Counted from the first letter of the stretch, positions 1 to 10,277 are shown. The stretch: DNA of 64,000 nucleotides from Candidatus Poribacteria bacterium (GCA_965261435.1 CBDHDL010000021.1:4379950-4443949); one strand, 5' to 3'. Notes: a model not told the origin generated them from the sequence alone. Program-made: numbers and translations.

Positions 1-318
1 TTTGTTTAAGCAGAAGAAATCTATCTATATTCGGTCCCACCATTTGGTAGGCGATCAGTATATCCTCAATTGCATTTTCAGCAAGCATTTCTGCCTCACG
101 TAAAGTCGCACATTTATGCTTGAGAATCCCAGCGTCAAGTTCCATTGCAATTATTTCTGCAGTCTTATGGGTTTTGGCATGAGGTCTCAACTTAGAGACA
201 TTACCACCAACCGTAGTGATCGCTTGTTCTATATTCTGTCTAACAAGATCAAGGTACACAACAAGCGAAGGACTTGGTATAACTTCAACGTTCTGTATTA
301 GGTACTTCTTTTCCATAT
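1..318 (-). CDS. PLP-dependent alanine-racemase-N-like (D-threonine aldolase / D-serine deaminase-like DSD1 family) enzyme, N-terminal part (gene runs off the window start)
   Basis: Reverse-strand translation from the ATG at 318 gives MEKKYLIQNVEVIPSPSLVVYLDLVRQNIEQAITTVGGNVSKLRPHAKTHKTAEII... The 'RPHAKTHK' motif resembles the PLP-lysine motif of alanine-racemase-N-terminal-domain proteins. The ORF is open to position 1. Confidence 0.5.
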
Positions 319-397
319 CAGACTCTATTTATGAATAGCCAATTTTCCCAATGATGTATTAATAAACAACATTAGAGAAAATATGTAGTATTTTCAA

Positions 398-985
398 TTA
401 TTTCATACCATTAAACCGATTCATAGCTGTAAGAATATCTTCTTTAAGAATCGTTTCAACTGCATCTACGGCTCGAGAAACTACATTTTCAATTTCGTTC
501 TCTTCCTCATCTGAAAATTCTGAGAGTACATAATCAATTAAGTCTCCTACAGGTTCACCAATACCAATACGGATCCGGGGCACCTCATCTGTTCCCAAAC
601 GTTGAATGATTGAGTGCATACCTTTCTGTCCGCCATCACTACCTTTCTGTCTGATACGAAGTACACCTAATTCAATATAAACATCATCATATATCACGAT
701 GATATCTGAAAAAGCGATATCAAACCTGTTGACAAGTGGAGCCACCGCTGCGCCACTATTGTTCATATATGTCATCGGTTTGGCAAGAATAATATCCGAT
801 TTGTGCCAATTTGTCTGTATAACAAGTGAATTAAAAATCGAACTGACTTGTCCGTACTTTGTCTGTTGGTTCTTGTCCGTTAACTGTATTTTATCATAGA
901 TTGCATCAACCACGCGAAAACCGATGTTATGTTTCGTCTTGTGATAGCGAATTCCGGGATTACCTAATCCGACGATAAGCTTCAA
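398..985 (-). CDS. pth: peptidyl-tRNA hydrolase
   Basis: MKLIVGLGNPGIRYHKTKHNIGFRVVD... is the canonical Pth N-terminus (GLGNPG, HN.G) at the usual ~195 aa length. Confidence 0.9.
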   Translation of the reverse strand: MKLIVGLGNPGIRYHKTKHNIGFRVVDAIYDKIQLTDKNQQTKYGQVSSIFNSLVIQTNWHKSDIILAKPMTYMNNSGAAVAPLVNRFDIAFSDIIVIYDDVYIELGVLRIRQKGSDGGQKGMHSIIQRLGTDEVPRIRIGIGEPVGDLIDYVLSEFSDEEENEIENVVSRAVDAVETILKEDILTAMNRFNGMK

Positions 986-1027
986 GTTATGCTCCGTAAC
1001 AATTCAAAGAATAAAGGATTGTATATT

Positions 1028-1615
1028 TCAATCACGCAGAGGTTGTGATAAATCTATGTGACCACTTATCTCTTCTACCTCTTGTCCATCAATAAGTATC
1101 TGAATATACTTAATTTCATCAGGAAATGCGTCAAATACCGTCTTAAGAATTGCTGAAACAGTTATATATTCTGCCGTTGTTCCACCAATATGTCCACTTA
1201 CCAGGTGATGTGTAAAGTCAATATATGCTGTCTTCTGACTATCTATATAAACACCGTTTAGTGTTGTCCCTCGTGGAATTGGGTTTTGAAAGTTAGTAGG
1301 TGTCGCTTTTATCAATGCGGTGACTATACTCTTCAACCTACTAATTATATCACGATTTAGTTGAAGTTCCACTTTGTATGCCTTGGTCTCTAATGAATCT
1401 GGATCAAATAGAAATAAGTTCACTCGTTCAGGTTGAGGGAGTTGGTCAGATCGATTGGCAGTGTCAGGGAGTTTTGGTGGAGCATCAATAAACTCTGTCT
1501 GTTTGGAAGTAGCAATTAGCACGAGTGTAGCTGCAATTGCAATTACAATAACAACGAACGTGAAACCCCAAATCATGAAAAGTCTTGATTGGATGATCCG
1601 TTTTAGTATTTTCAC
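1028..1615 (-). CDS. membrane-anchored GerMN-domain protein
   Basis: N-terminal transmembrane helix, and the C-terminal region resembles GerMN (Gmad2) domain proteins. It sits beside a cell-wall amidase, as is common for this family. Confidence 0.45.
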   Translation of the reverse strand: MKILKRIIQSRLFMIWGFTFVVIVIAIAATLVLIATSKQTEFIDAPPKLPDTANRSDQLPQPERVNLFLFDPDSLETKAYKVELQLNRDIISRLKSIVTALIKATPTNFQNPIPRGTTLNGVYIDSQKTAYIDFTHHLVSGHIGGTTAEYITVSAILKTVFDAFPDEIKYIQILIDGQEVEEISGHIDLSQPLRD

Positions 1616-1706
1616 GATAATGCTCCAATGTACCCAAATTACAACGAAAGAAGAGCCAAAGCAACGAAGTTCTTTACAGAGATATAGGACTATACCGATT
1701 GTTTTT

Positions 1707-2867
1707 CTATTCTTCTTGATTGAGACCGGTTGTATCGGATGTATTGTGATGTTTTAGTGTGTAAGTTTTTAATGCACGTGTAATAGCAGTGGCAAGTTCG
1801 GTGATATGGTCTTGATTTGAGAGTAATGTTGCATCATCTATATTTGTAAGATAACCTAATTCTAACAGTATTGCTGGCATATATACTTCTGACAATGCTA
1901 TTATAGGGAATTCAGATATAGGTATAGGATTTGCTGCAATAAAATTCATCTCTTTCTGAAGAATTCCTGCGAATTCTTTACTCTTTATCAAAAAGTTGGA
2001 TTGAGTTCGGATGTTAAGACGTTTCTTTGCAAAAGCTGGCATAGCAGCAGTTCTGAATTGAAGTTGTCCGCTTGGATTGTTGACATAAATGTGCATGCCT
2101 TTATGTTTCTGTGAAAACGAAGCATTGCAGTGTAAACTTAGAAATAGCTCTCCTCTAAGTTGGTTAGAAGATTGAACTCGTTGAACGCGAGTCCTTTTAA
2201 TATCTTCACTCCGTGTAAGATTTATTTTGTAACCATACTGTTTACTAAGTTTCTGAATTTCTTGAGCAACCCTTAGGACTACATCTTTTTCAAGCAGTCC
2301 ATTTTGAGCTTTACATCCAACGTCGTCCTCACCACCGTGTCCTGGATCGATTACGATAATCCACTCTTGGTCGGTTTCTTCAGGATCGGAAATCCACGCA
2401 GTCTTGGGCATGAACCGTATTCTTTGAAGGTCTGGATTATAAAGTACTTCAATGTCATCAATACTTGGAAGAATCTCAGTAAAGAACTCTATTGGTAACA
2501 TGGGGTGCGTATTTATAGCGAGAGGAGGTTTTGAAAGTGTGAAAGTCTGATTATCAGCAGTGTTCTTTACAGTAGTATTACCTATACTGAAATCAAGTTC
2601 CTTCCCCTTGATTTTAATCTTTAGTTGTTTTCTTGGTCTATTGTAGAGTGTTGAGACATCCTCTTTAAAGATATCTTCTAATTCTTCAGCAGGAATGTAA
2701 ATTGATTCTTTATGTAATGTGTATACAACTTCAGTGAGGATGTTACCTTCTTTATCAACGAAACGCACGGTAGGTGCTTGTGCATTACCGTGCGTAAAAA
2801 ACGTAATATAAATGAGTGTTATGATAGGCAGGATTGTGAGTAAAGATTTTTCTCGCCGTAACCACAT
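1707..2867 (-). CDS. N-acetylmuramoyl-L-alanine amidase (Amidase_3, AmiC-like)
   Basis: Signal peptide present. 'IIVIDPGHGGEDDVG...LSLHCNAS' matches Amidase_3 zinc-binding motifs. Confidence 0.8.
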   Translation of the reverse strand: MWLRREKSLLTILPIITLIYITFFTHGNAQAPTVRFVDKEGNILTEVVYTLHKESIYIPAEELEDIFKEDVSTLYNRPRKQLKIKIKGKELDFSIGNTTVKNTADNQTFTLSKPPLAINTHPMLPIEFFTEILPSIDDIEVLYNPDLQRIRFMPKTAWISDPEETDQEWIIVIDPGHGGEDDVGCKAQNGLLEKDVVLRVAQEIQKLSKQYGYKINLTRSEDIKRTRVQRVQSSNQLRGELFLSLHCNASFSQKHKGMHIYVNNPSGQLQFRTAAMPAFAKKRLNIRTQSNFLIKSKEFAGILQKEMNFIAANPIPISEFPIIALSEVYMPAILLELGYLTNIDDATLLSNQDHITELATAITRALKTYTLKHHNTSDTTGLNQEE

Positions 2868-2874
2868 GTTTTAG

Positions 2875-3597
2875 TTATTCCGCGTCTTCGTCTTTACTGC
2901 GTCTACGTGAAATTAGCTCAGGTTCTGTTCTTTCTTCTTCTTCTTCGGTAGTATCTTCAGTTCCTTCTTCAGTTCCTTCACCTTCTTCGCCTTCCTCACC
3001 CTCTTCGCCTTCTTCAGGTTCTTCTACCTCTTCAATCTGTACCCGTGGGTGACTGACAGACACAATCATTCGGTTCGGTTCATCTAAGACTTCAATTTCT
3101 TCGTCCAATTCAATATCTTGAACATAGATGATGTCACCTACTTCCATGTTTGTCACATCAACAGTTATGTCGTTAGGCATAATTGCTGGTAGGCAATTAA
3201 GTGTTAAGTTCCGGAGAGGAAATTCAATTACACCGCCATCTTGAGCACCCGCAGGTGTACCAACCAATAGGAGCGGAACTGTGGAGGTCACAGGTTCATC
3301 TAAAGAGATGCGAACGAAATCAGCATGTAATAAAACATGCTTCTCTACCGGATCGCGTTGTATCTCTTTAATGAGAACTGGTTCAGTCCTACCCTCTTCA
3401 ACTTCTATGTTTATGATGACATTTTCACCATATTTTCTTAGGAACTGTTTGAACAAACGCTCATTGACCTGTAGTGCGATAGAGTCCTGTTTCCGTCCAT
3501 ACACGACCGCAGGTACATCGCCTGCCCGACGGATCGCCCGGGCGTTCTGTTTGCCAAATACATTCCTATGCTGAACTTCTAAGTTTGCTTGTTGCAT
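2875..3597 (-). CDS. rplY: 50S ribosomal protein L25 / general stress protein Ctc, with an acidic Glu/Gly-rich C-terminal tail
   Basis: MQQANLEVQHRNVFGKQNARAIRRAGDVPAVVYGRKQD is the L25/Ctc N-terminal domain. The last ~60 aa are poly-E/G ('EEGEEGEEGEEGEG'). Ctc lying next to pth and ispE is a conserved arrangement. Confidence 0.85.
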   Translation of the reverse strand: MQQANLEVQHRNVFGKQNARAIRRAGDVPAVVYGRKQDSIALQVNERLFKQFLRKYGENVIINIEVEEGRTEPVLIKEIQRDPVEKHVLLHADFVRISLDEPVTSTVPLLLVGTPAGAQDGGVIEFPLRNLTLNCLPAIMPNDITVDVTNMEVGDIIYVQDIELDEEIEVLDEPNRMIVSVSHPRVQIEEVEEPEEGEEGEEGEEGEGTEEGTEDTTEEEEERTEPELISRRRSKDEDAE

Positions 3598-3628
3598 TGT
3601 TCTTCAAAACCCTTAATCTAAAGTGAAA

Positions 3629-3700
3629 CAGGGCGGGTAGGATTCGAACCTACGCATGCAGGTTCCAAAGACCTGTGCCTTACCGCTTGGCCACCGCCCT
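3629..3700 (-). tRNA. tRNA-Gln (anticodon UUG)
   Basis: The reverse complement folds as a cloverleaf: acceptor AGGGCGG/CCGCCCT, anticodon stem CAGGT/ACCTG with loop CTTTGGA (anticodon TTG), T-arm GTAGG-TTCGAAT-CCTAC. CCA is not encoded. Confidence 0.8.
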
Positions 3701-4591
3701 TCAATTGTAAATATGCACGCCAACTGGACTGGTTTTTGTTGTCATGCAAAAACTATATGTACTATTGAAGTGTGTTTGACAACGATCAGCAGCTGAAATG
3801 TCTCGCATAAGAGCAAAAATGGTACTACCACTCCCTGACATCAAAGCACCTAAAGACCCAACTTGCGTAGAGAGTTGAGTTTTAAGTTCCAAAAGTACTG
3901 GATGCTTTGAAAAAACTGGTATTTCAAGGACATTAAATAAAGTGTTACCTATCCCGTCAATATCACCCTTCTCAACACAATTCTTAATAATTATACTTTC
4001 TTTTGTTTGCTTTGTCAAGGGAATATGCAAGTTGCTGAATATGTCAGCAGTGGATATAGGTAATCCAGGATTTATGAGCACGAGAGGAATGTCTGGGATT
4101 GATTGCAACGGAGTCAAAATGTCACCTATCCCAGTTCCAAATGCAGTGCCACCGAGTATGCAAAATGGGACATCAGCCCCTAAATATGAGCCAATATCCA
4201 TCAAAGTATCTATTCCGATTTTGAATGAAAACAACTCATTAATACCGAGTAGAACTGCAGCGGCATTCGCGCTGCCACCACCAAGACCAGCAGAAACAGG
4301 AATCCGTTTCTCAATCGATATCTCAACACCACTGAAACCCCCCACAATATCATTTAATGATTGTGCTGCTTTATAAGCAAGGTTCTTCTGTCCAGACGGT
4401 ACATCAGGATGATTACATTGAACTATTATACCTTTATTTGGTCGTTCAGATATGATTATATCATCATACAACCCAATGGACTGGAAAACAGTTTCAAGGT
4501 TGTGATAACCATCTTCACGCTTTCCGATGACATTGAGAAATAAATTTACTTTAGCATAGGCGCGTATACGTAAGTCCTGCAGTTTCCGCAT
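3701..4591 (-). CDS. ispE: 4-diphosphocytidyl-2-C-methyl-D-erythritol kinase
   Basis: 'RAYAKVNLFLNVIGKREDGYHNLETVFQSI' is the IspE / GHMP-kinase N-terminal signature, with GHMP motifs downstream (PVSAGLGGGSANAAA). Confidence 0.85.
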   Translation of the reverse strand: MRKLQDLRIRAYAKVNLFLNVIGKREDGYHNLETVFQSIGLYDDIIISERPNKGIIVQCNHPDVPSGQKNLAYKAAQSLNDIVGGFSGVEISIEKRIPVSAGLGGGSANAAAVLLGINELFSFKIGIDTLMDIGSYLGADVPFCILGGTAFGTGIGDILTPLQSIPDIPLVLINPGLPISTADIFSNLHIPLTKQTKESIIIKNCVEKGDIDGIGNTLFNVLEIPVFSKHPVLLELKTQLSTQVGSLGALMSGSGSTIFALMRDISAADRCQTHFNSTYSFCMTTKTSPVGVHIYN

Positions 4592-5460
4592 TAAGTTCCA
4601 TCTGACCCAAACAGTTCTGAAAATGGCATAATGTTAATATCCGAATCTAAGAAAGGATCAATATCAAATTTACTATCTGGAATTTCAACGTTTAATTCAA
4701 TCTTTCCGATATTCACAACAACTCTTGTTTGATCAGGTGGACGTTCAATTACGACTTTATGTGGTCTGAGTATTCCATCTACCCCGCCACCGCGATAGTT
4801 TGAGAAGAAAATCCTTTGCTGGAGTTTTCCCTTATCATTGAGGATACGCCATTCTGTGATATACGGATCATTACCACTTATCAATAGAGTGATGATTTCT
4901 GTATGGCCGACTTCTATTCCTGGACGGTAAACTATGAACTTACTACCAGAACCTTCTATTTTTAGATTCTCTATCCGACCGTCAAGAAATGGATTTGCAA
5001 ATATTGCACTTAATATATCTGAAACACGCAAATCTATACCAAAAATCTTATGCAATACACCATCAGATAATTTCCCCAAGTATCCTTCGTATTCATCCCA
5101 TAAAATCAGGAGAAATTGATCTCTGTTTGCAATTGCAGCTGCTCTGGGATCGTTGAAAGCACCTAATGCTTGTATATGTAAAAGATTAGAACCATCTTCA
5201 GTTTTCTTATACCATAGTAATTCACGCAGTTCTTCAGGATCTCGATTGGCTTCCTGAATGGAAACTTTCATCTCCTTGGTTTTTAAAGTACGCGTTAAAT
5301 CGTATCTAACTTGTAATGTTTCAAGATGCGGGAGAAATTCACCATGATCAATTGATGCAAAGTTACCGCCATTATTCTTAGCAGGATACTTGGTAGCACA
5401 ACTTGTTAGAGACAAGACTACTAAGAGTACAGAAAAAACTATTGCCAGTTGAAGTCTCAT
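4591..5460 (-). CDS. hypothetical lipoprotein (possibly LolA-like)
   Basis: Signal peptide with lipobox LTSC. No confident family assignment from sequence alone. Confidence 0.4.
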   Translation of the reverse strand: MRLQLAIVFSVLLVVLSLTSCATKYPAKNNGGNFASIDHGEFLPHLETLQVRYDLTRTLKTKEMKVSIQEANRDPEELRELLWYKKTEDGSNLLHIQALGAFNDPRAAAIANRDQFLLILWDEYEGYLGKLSDGVLHKIFGIDLRVSDILSAIFANPFLDGRIENLKIEGSGSKFIVYRPGIEVGHTEIITLLISGNDPYITEWRILNDKGKLQQRIFFSNYRGGGVDGILRPHKVVIERPPDQTRVVVNIGKIELNVEIPDSKFDIDPFLDSDINIMPFSELFGSDGT

Positions 5461-6650
5461 TAATAGACCTCTGACATAGATTTCTCAACTATGTTAACAG
5501 CTTCCTCCACATGTGCCGCATTGATGTTTAATGGAGGGAGGAATCGTAGCACATAGTCGTTAGTACATATTGTAACCAATCCGTTTTCAATACACTTTGT
5601 AGCAAGTGGCTTGGCATCCTCTTCCATCACCAGTCCTCGTAATAAACCTTTCCCGCGTACCTCTTTTATTGGATATTTGTCCTTAAGCTCCATAAGTCCG
5701 CCTGCCAAATAGTTCCCCATTTTCACAGCATTGACTGCAAGATTTTCTTCAAAAATCGTTTTGATGGTTGCGACCGCAGCGGCACTTGATAGGAAATTAC
5801 CGCCAAAAGTGGCTGCATGCGTACCAGGAACAAAACTATCAGCTACATTTTGCTTTGCTAACATTGCGCCGATTGGTACACCACTGCCAAGAGCCTTTGC
5901 CATTGTTATTACATCCGGCACTACTCCATAACTTTGGTAACCGAAGAATGTACCTAATCTCCCCATTGCAGTCTGGACTTCATCAAAAATAAGCAGCAGA
6001 TTGTGTTTATCGCAAAGTTCGCGCAACCCTTGAAGGTATCCATCGCTTGGAATATTCACTCCACCTTCAGACTGGATGGGTTCAACTAATAAAGCACAAG
6101 TCTTTTCACTGATAGCATTTTCAGTAGCCTCAAGGTCATCAAATGGAACATATTTAAATCCGTCCAACATCGGTTCAAAACCGATATGATATTTTGTCTG
6201 GGCTGTAGCAGTAATCGTAGCCATCGTTCTCCCATGAAATGAGTTATCCATTGTAATGATTTCATAGGAATCGTTTCTACCACTGTCTTTAGCGTATTTA
6301 CGCGCTATTTTTATCGCCGCTTCATTTGCTTCCGCACCACTATTACAGAAGAAACACTGATCCATATCTGAGTTTTCAATCAACAACTTTGCTAATTCTG
6401 CTTGTGGTTCAATATAGTATAAGTTAGAAGTATGTAGCACTTGACCTGCTTGTTCGCGTATTGCTTCAACAACTTTTGGGTGTGCATGTCCTAAGCCGTT
6501 GACAGCCAACCCGCCCAAGAAGTCAAGATACTTTTTTCCATCTGCATCCCAAAGGTAAGGTCCTTCACCTTTAACAAATGCTAAACTTCTATCACCATAA
6601 GTATTGATGATATATTTTGTTGCAACTGCTTTTATTTCTGATATTGTCAT
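5460..6650 (-). CDS. argD: class III PLP aminotransferase, acetylornithine aminotransferase-like
   Basis: 'GEGPYLWDADGKKYLDFLGGLAVNGLGHAHPKVVEAI...' and 'LIFDEVQTAMGRLG' are typical ArgD/class-III aminotransferase motifs. Confidence 0.75.
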   Translation of the reverse strand: MTISEIKAVATKYIINTYGDRSLAFVKGEGPYLWDADGKKYLDFLGGLAVNGLGHAHPKVVEAIREQAGQVLHTSNLYYIEPQAELAKLLIENSDMDQCFFCNSGAEANEAAIKIARKYAKDSGRNDSYEIITMDNSFHGRTMATITATAQTKYHIGFEPMLDGFKYVPFDDLEATENAISEKTCALLVEPIQSEGGVNIPSDGYLQGLRELCDKHNLLLIFDEVQTAMGRLGTFFGYQSYGVVPDVITMAKALGSGVPIGAMLAKQNVADSFVPGTHAATFGGNFLSSAAAVATIKTIFEENLAVNAVKMGNYLAGGLMELKDKYPIKEVRGKGLLRGLVMEEDAKPLATKCIENGLVTICTNDYVLRFLPPLNINAAHVEEAVNIVEKSMSEVY

Positions 6651-6701
6651 AAGTTATTCTCCTTGTTTCTGTCGCTTCATTTTAAAAAATATGATGCATT
6701 T

Positions 6702-7856
6702 TTACCAATTCGTATAGGAACCGTCATCTCTTTGATAGCCATGGGGCGGTCCATATTCCTGAGTAGTTACATTCTTTAGTGCTTCTTCGTTGAACTCAAT
6801 GCCAAGACCTGGTAATTCTGGAGGCAGTAAATAACCAGATTCAAATGGCACTTGCACAGGGAAAACATCTGTCAGAGATGACATCGGAGCACGTGGTAGT
6901 TCCTGCACGCCAACAAGTGACGAGGCTAAACAGAGATGTAGACACGCCGCAGTAGATACCGGACCAAGTGGATTGTGGGGTGCTAAATGGATATAATGTG
7001 TTTCACACCACCCAGCGATTTTTCGCGCTTCTGTCAGTCCACCTGCAATGCATAAATCTACACGACAGTAATCTAATAGATCCTCTTCAATGACTTCTCT
7101 GAAAGTCCATTTGCTATCAAACTGTTCTCCTACTGCAATCGGGACAGAGGTCTGTTGTCGCAGTCTTCTCAAACTCGCGGGATTCTCACTTCGAAGTGGA
7201 TCTTCTATAAAAAATGGATTGTAAGGTTCAACCATCTTACAGAAATCAAGACTATCCGCTGGATCAAGTCGAGTATGAACATCAACCAGGATGTTGATGT
7301 CATCCCCTAATGCTTCACGAACTGCCTTTACTTGTTCTAATCCATAAGCTACAGCGCGTCTCGGTTCAAAAGTACCTGAGCCACTACCGTCTGCTAATCC
7401 CCATCGTGCAAACTTCCAACCTGCTTCGTATGTTTGTCGACAACTTTCAACAAGTTGCTCAATTGATCCACCACCATTATGTGGATAACAGACTACCTTA
7501 TCCCTCGTCTGTCCACCTAACAATTCATATACAGGAACATTGAGTGCTTTTCCTTTGATGTCCCACAAAGCGATGTCAACAGCACTGACTGCTGCTGATT
7601 GAACTACACCGCCAGGGAAAAAACCGCCACGAAACATTACTTGCCATAGATGTTCAATTTGGAAGGGATTTGCCCCAATGAGAATTGGTTCAAACGAACG
7701 CACAACTTCAGCCAATGCAACTGCCCGTCGTCTAATTCCACCCTCACCGACACCGAAAATACCAGCATCAGTTTCAACTTTAACAAAGAAATGTCCAGAT
7801 GAGGAAACAAAAGACTTTACATTTGTGATTTTCATATAAGATTCCGATTTTACCAT
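6702..7856 (-). CDS. enolase-superfamily enzyme (mandelate racemase / muconate lactonizing enzyme family, sugar-acid dehydratase-like)
   Basis: The 'MKITNVKSFV...VKVETDAGIFGVGEGG' N-terminal capping domain and the barrel-domain acidic residues fit the MR/MLE family. Confidence 0.7.
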   Translation of the reverse strand: MVKSESYMKITNVKSFVSSSGHFFVKVETDAGIFGVGEGGIRRRAVALAEVVRSFEPILIGANPFQIEHLWQVMFRGGFFPGGVVQSAAVSAVDIALWDIKGKALNVPVYELLGGQTRDKVVCYPHNGGGSIEQLVESCRQTYEAGWKFARWGLADGSGSGTFEPRRAVAYGLEQVKAVREALGDDINILVDVHTRLDPADSLDFCKMVEPYNPFFIEDPLRSENPASLRRLRQQTSVPIAVGEQFDSKWTFREVIEEDLLDYCRVDLCIAGGLTEARKIAGWCETHYIHLAPHNPLGPVSTAACLHLCLASSLVGVQELPRAPMSSLTDVFPVQVPFESGYLLPPELPGLGIEFNEEALKNVTTQEYGPPHGYQRDDGSYTNW

Positions 7857-7863
7857 TCAACAG

Positions 7864-8682
7864 TTAAACTGCATCTAAAGTGGGTGTGTTGTCCTGACAA
7901 TAAACAGGTCGGAAGAGTGTCTGCCTCTTGAAGTGCATTTCTTCAACATGCATCGGATGAGGCTTCCATTTGTGCCATTTGTTACCAACGGTGTTATAGC
8001 AGTTGAAAATTGCGACACGATCATAAGTATCATCAGTCCATTTTGCACCTGTATGCGTAATCGCTTCAGTGAAAACTAACATTGAACCTGCTGGACAACT
8101 GTAATCTTCCCACAAGGGTGAAGTCCTGTCTGCTGTTGATTGTGGTGCAGGAAAAGCTCCTTTATGACTCCCGGTTAAGAACATTGTTCCTCCACCACCC
8201 TCTTTAACAGGATTGAGTTCCCAAACAACTCGAGTTAGACCACTATGTGCTCTGTCATGATGTAGGTGATAGGTATGTGAATTACCCGGAAAATTTAGCA
8301 TGCCACGACCACCGTGTGGACGGAAGTTATCGTGACCGTTTCCACGTATGGTAAGAAATGTACCCTCAAACCTAAAACCATAACAATTCTCATTAGAATA
8401 ACCCGATGTTAGGAATTCGTTCATGAAACCTAACACAACAGGATGATCTGTCAAGGATTCTAACGGACCACCGATTGAAGACCGATGATGTTCAGGAATT
8501 GTATCTGGTTCCTTCTGCAATTGATAACAGAACTCACGCATTTCTTTGGTTTCAGTTTCACTTAAGACACCTGGGAATAGAAGCCATCCGCGGGTATCAA
8601 ATAAGAAACGTTGCTCTTCCGAAAGTGGGATTGGTGGAAGATTATCAGCATTCGTCGTAGGATTTGGCATAGAATACTCCAA
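7864..8682 (-). CDS. Fe(II)/2-oxoglutarate dioxygenase, phytanoyl-CoA dioxygenase (PhyH)-like
   Basis: The 'HLHHD' H-x-D motif and overall size are similar to PhyH-family proteins, but the match is weaker than for the other two paralogs in this window. Confidence 0.45.
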   Translation of the reverse strand: MEYSMPNPTTNADNLPPIPLSEEQRFLFDTRGWLLFPGVLSETETKEMREFCYQLQKEPDTIPEHHRSSIGGPLESLTDHPVVLGFMNEFLTSGYSNENCYGFRFEGTFLTIRGNGHDNFRPHGGRGMLNFPGNSHTYHLHHDRAHSGLTRVVWELNPVKEGGGGTMFLTGSHKGAFPAPQSTADRTSPLWEDYSCPAGSMLVFTEAITHTGAKWTDDTYDRVAIFNCYNTVGNKWHKWKPHPMHVEEMHFKRQTLFRPVYCQDNTPTLDAV

Positions 8683-8734
8683 CTAATTTCATTCATTAGA
8701 TTTGCAAATTGAATTGTGTTATACATTCTAATTT

Positions 8735-9898
8735 CTATTTCTGTCCATATAATCGTTCAGTTTCTTGATTCAACCAAGTTCCATAATCTCGTGGCATTTC
8801 TTTTATTGGACCGAGTCCATGATCTTCGCGCCACTTAAGCAAAGGATGCTCACGATTTTTCTGCGGTAAATCTATCCGTTTTCCGTGAATCGCAGATTCA
8901 AAAATACCCATTAGTATCTCCATAACATGCCGTCCTTCTTCGCCACTGCACTCATGCTCGCGATCTTCATCAAGAGCATTCACATATTCATCAACAATAC
9001 AATAGTCGTCAGCATCTGCCCCTCTTTCTTTGTCAAAATGATCAGGAAAGATAGGAGTTAGTTTCTCCCAACGGTCATGAGTACCGTCTGGAATAAAATG
9101 TGGTGTAGGCAACCACCAAGATCCTCTGAGTTCAGACCAAAACAATCTACCTTCGCTTCCGTATAGTTCAAGAACATAAGCATCGCTACTAACTTTTGGA
9201 AAGCGCTGTTGTATTAATGTACCAGTAACATTCCCATCAAATTGCAGTGTTGAAGTAGTATATTCACCTACTACAGTCCCCATACCAGCGGGTGATGGAA
9301 TTACATCCTCAGGTATAAGTTGTCTACCACCAGCAGTTGCTTGTGTTACAATACTTCTACAGTGTCCACCGAAACGAAGCATATTGTTGACGACATGTGT
9401 TCCGATGTTCATAAGTCCGTATCCAGCATAATATCCTTTCCCACAAGCATACATATAACGCAATTCACCGATTTTTCCTTCATCAAGGAGCTTAGAAATT
9501 GCTTGCAAGGTTGGACTCACTCTACGTTGATGATGTACAACGATACGAGCATTTTTCTCTTTTGCTTTTGCCAATATAGCATCCGCTTGAACCAAATCAA
9601 CACACAAGGGTTTTTCAACTTCTATGTTCACACCATACTCAAGGACCCGCATACATAGAGGATAGTGCATCTCTGTCGCCGTGGGTATAGCAACAATATC
9701 TGGTGAAGTCTTCTGTATCATTTCATCTAAATCACTGAAATGCGTCGAGACATTAACTATCTTACCAAGTGCTTCTAACCTGTCCTTAACAAGGTCACAG
9801 AGTGCTACGATTTCAGTGCGCGGGTGTGCATAGTATGCTTTCGCTGCTGAAGTTCCTCTACTTCGGCATCCCAATATTGCAACGCGATAAGTCTTCAT
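8735..9898 (-). CDS. Gfo/Idh/MocA family NAD(P)-dependent oxidoreductase
   Basis: 'MKTYRVAILGCRSRGTSAAKAY...EIVALCD' is the Rossmann N-terminus. 'EKPL' motif present. Confidence 0.8.
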   Translation of the reverse strand: MKTYRVAILGCRSRGTSAAKAYYAHPRTEIVALCDLVKDRLEALGKIVNVSTHFSDLDEMIQKTSPDIVAIPTATEMHYPLCMRVLEYGVNIEVEKPLCVDLVQADAILAKAKEKNARIVVHHQRRVSPTLQAISKLLDEGKIGELRYMYACGKGYYAGYGLMNIGTHVVNNMLRFGGHCRSIVTQATAGGRQLIPEDVIPSPAGMGTVVGEYTTSTLQFDGNVTGTLIQQRFPKVSSDAYVLELYGSEGRLFWSELRGSWWLPTPHFIPDGTHDRWEKLTPIFPDHFDKERGADADDYCIVDEYVNALDEDREHECSGEEGRHVMEILMGIFESAIHGKRIDLPQKNREHPLLKWREDHGLGPIKEMPRDYGTWLNQETERLYGQK

Positions 9899-10088
9899 AG
9901 TTGTAAAACCAAATTCCTTTATTTATAAGCGTCAAATCACAATCAAAATTATATTTAATATTAACCTATTGTGCTGATGCTGTCAAGAATTTTGTTTTAT
10001 AAGCAAAAAATAATCTGATTATGCAACATTACACACCCACCGCCATTTTCCCTTTGACTCCCACCGCAAAACCTGCTAACATACCCCC

Positions 10089-10277
10089 ATGCCACAACTC
10101 AAGCTAAAACCGACTCACAAACCAGTCCGAGACTACTACGCCACTTTACAACAATACGAACAGCACGGTGTGACACACGAAGGCGCAGTCAGCGCGCCTT
10201 TTGAAACGTTTCGATTTTACCAGACGCAACAATATACAGTAGAAAAAATGTTACTATTTTTTATTGATATAGTATAA
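10089..10277 (+). pseudogene. N-terminal remnant (~41 aa) of a large Type IIG/ISP-like helicase/methylase restriction-modification enzyme
   Basis: 'KPTHKPVRDYYATLQQYEQHGVTHEGAVSAPFETF' resembles the conserved N-terminus of large N6-methylase RM fusion proteins. The frame then degenerates ('RFYQTQQYTVEKM...*') around 10212. A TTGACT-17-TAACAT promoter-like sequence lies just upstream. Confidence 0.4.
10253..10273 (+). repeat. 21-bp direct repeat ACTAyTTTTTATTGATATAGT (left copy)
   Basis: 20 of 21 nt identical to 14425-14445. The two copies bracket the RM pair, the IIG C-fragment and the GmrSD pseudogene. Confidence 0.75.

Noticed and set aside
116-301. 61-aa plus-strand ORF at the window start
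   Set aside because: It lies antisense inside a much better-supported minus-strand PLP-enzyme N-terminus, so it is treated as spurious.
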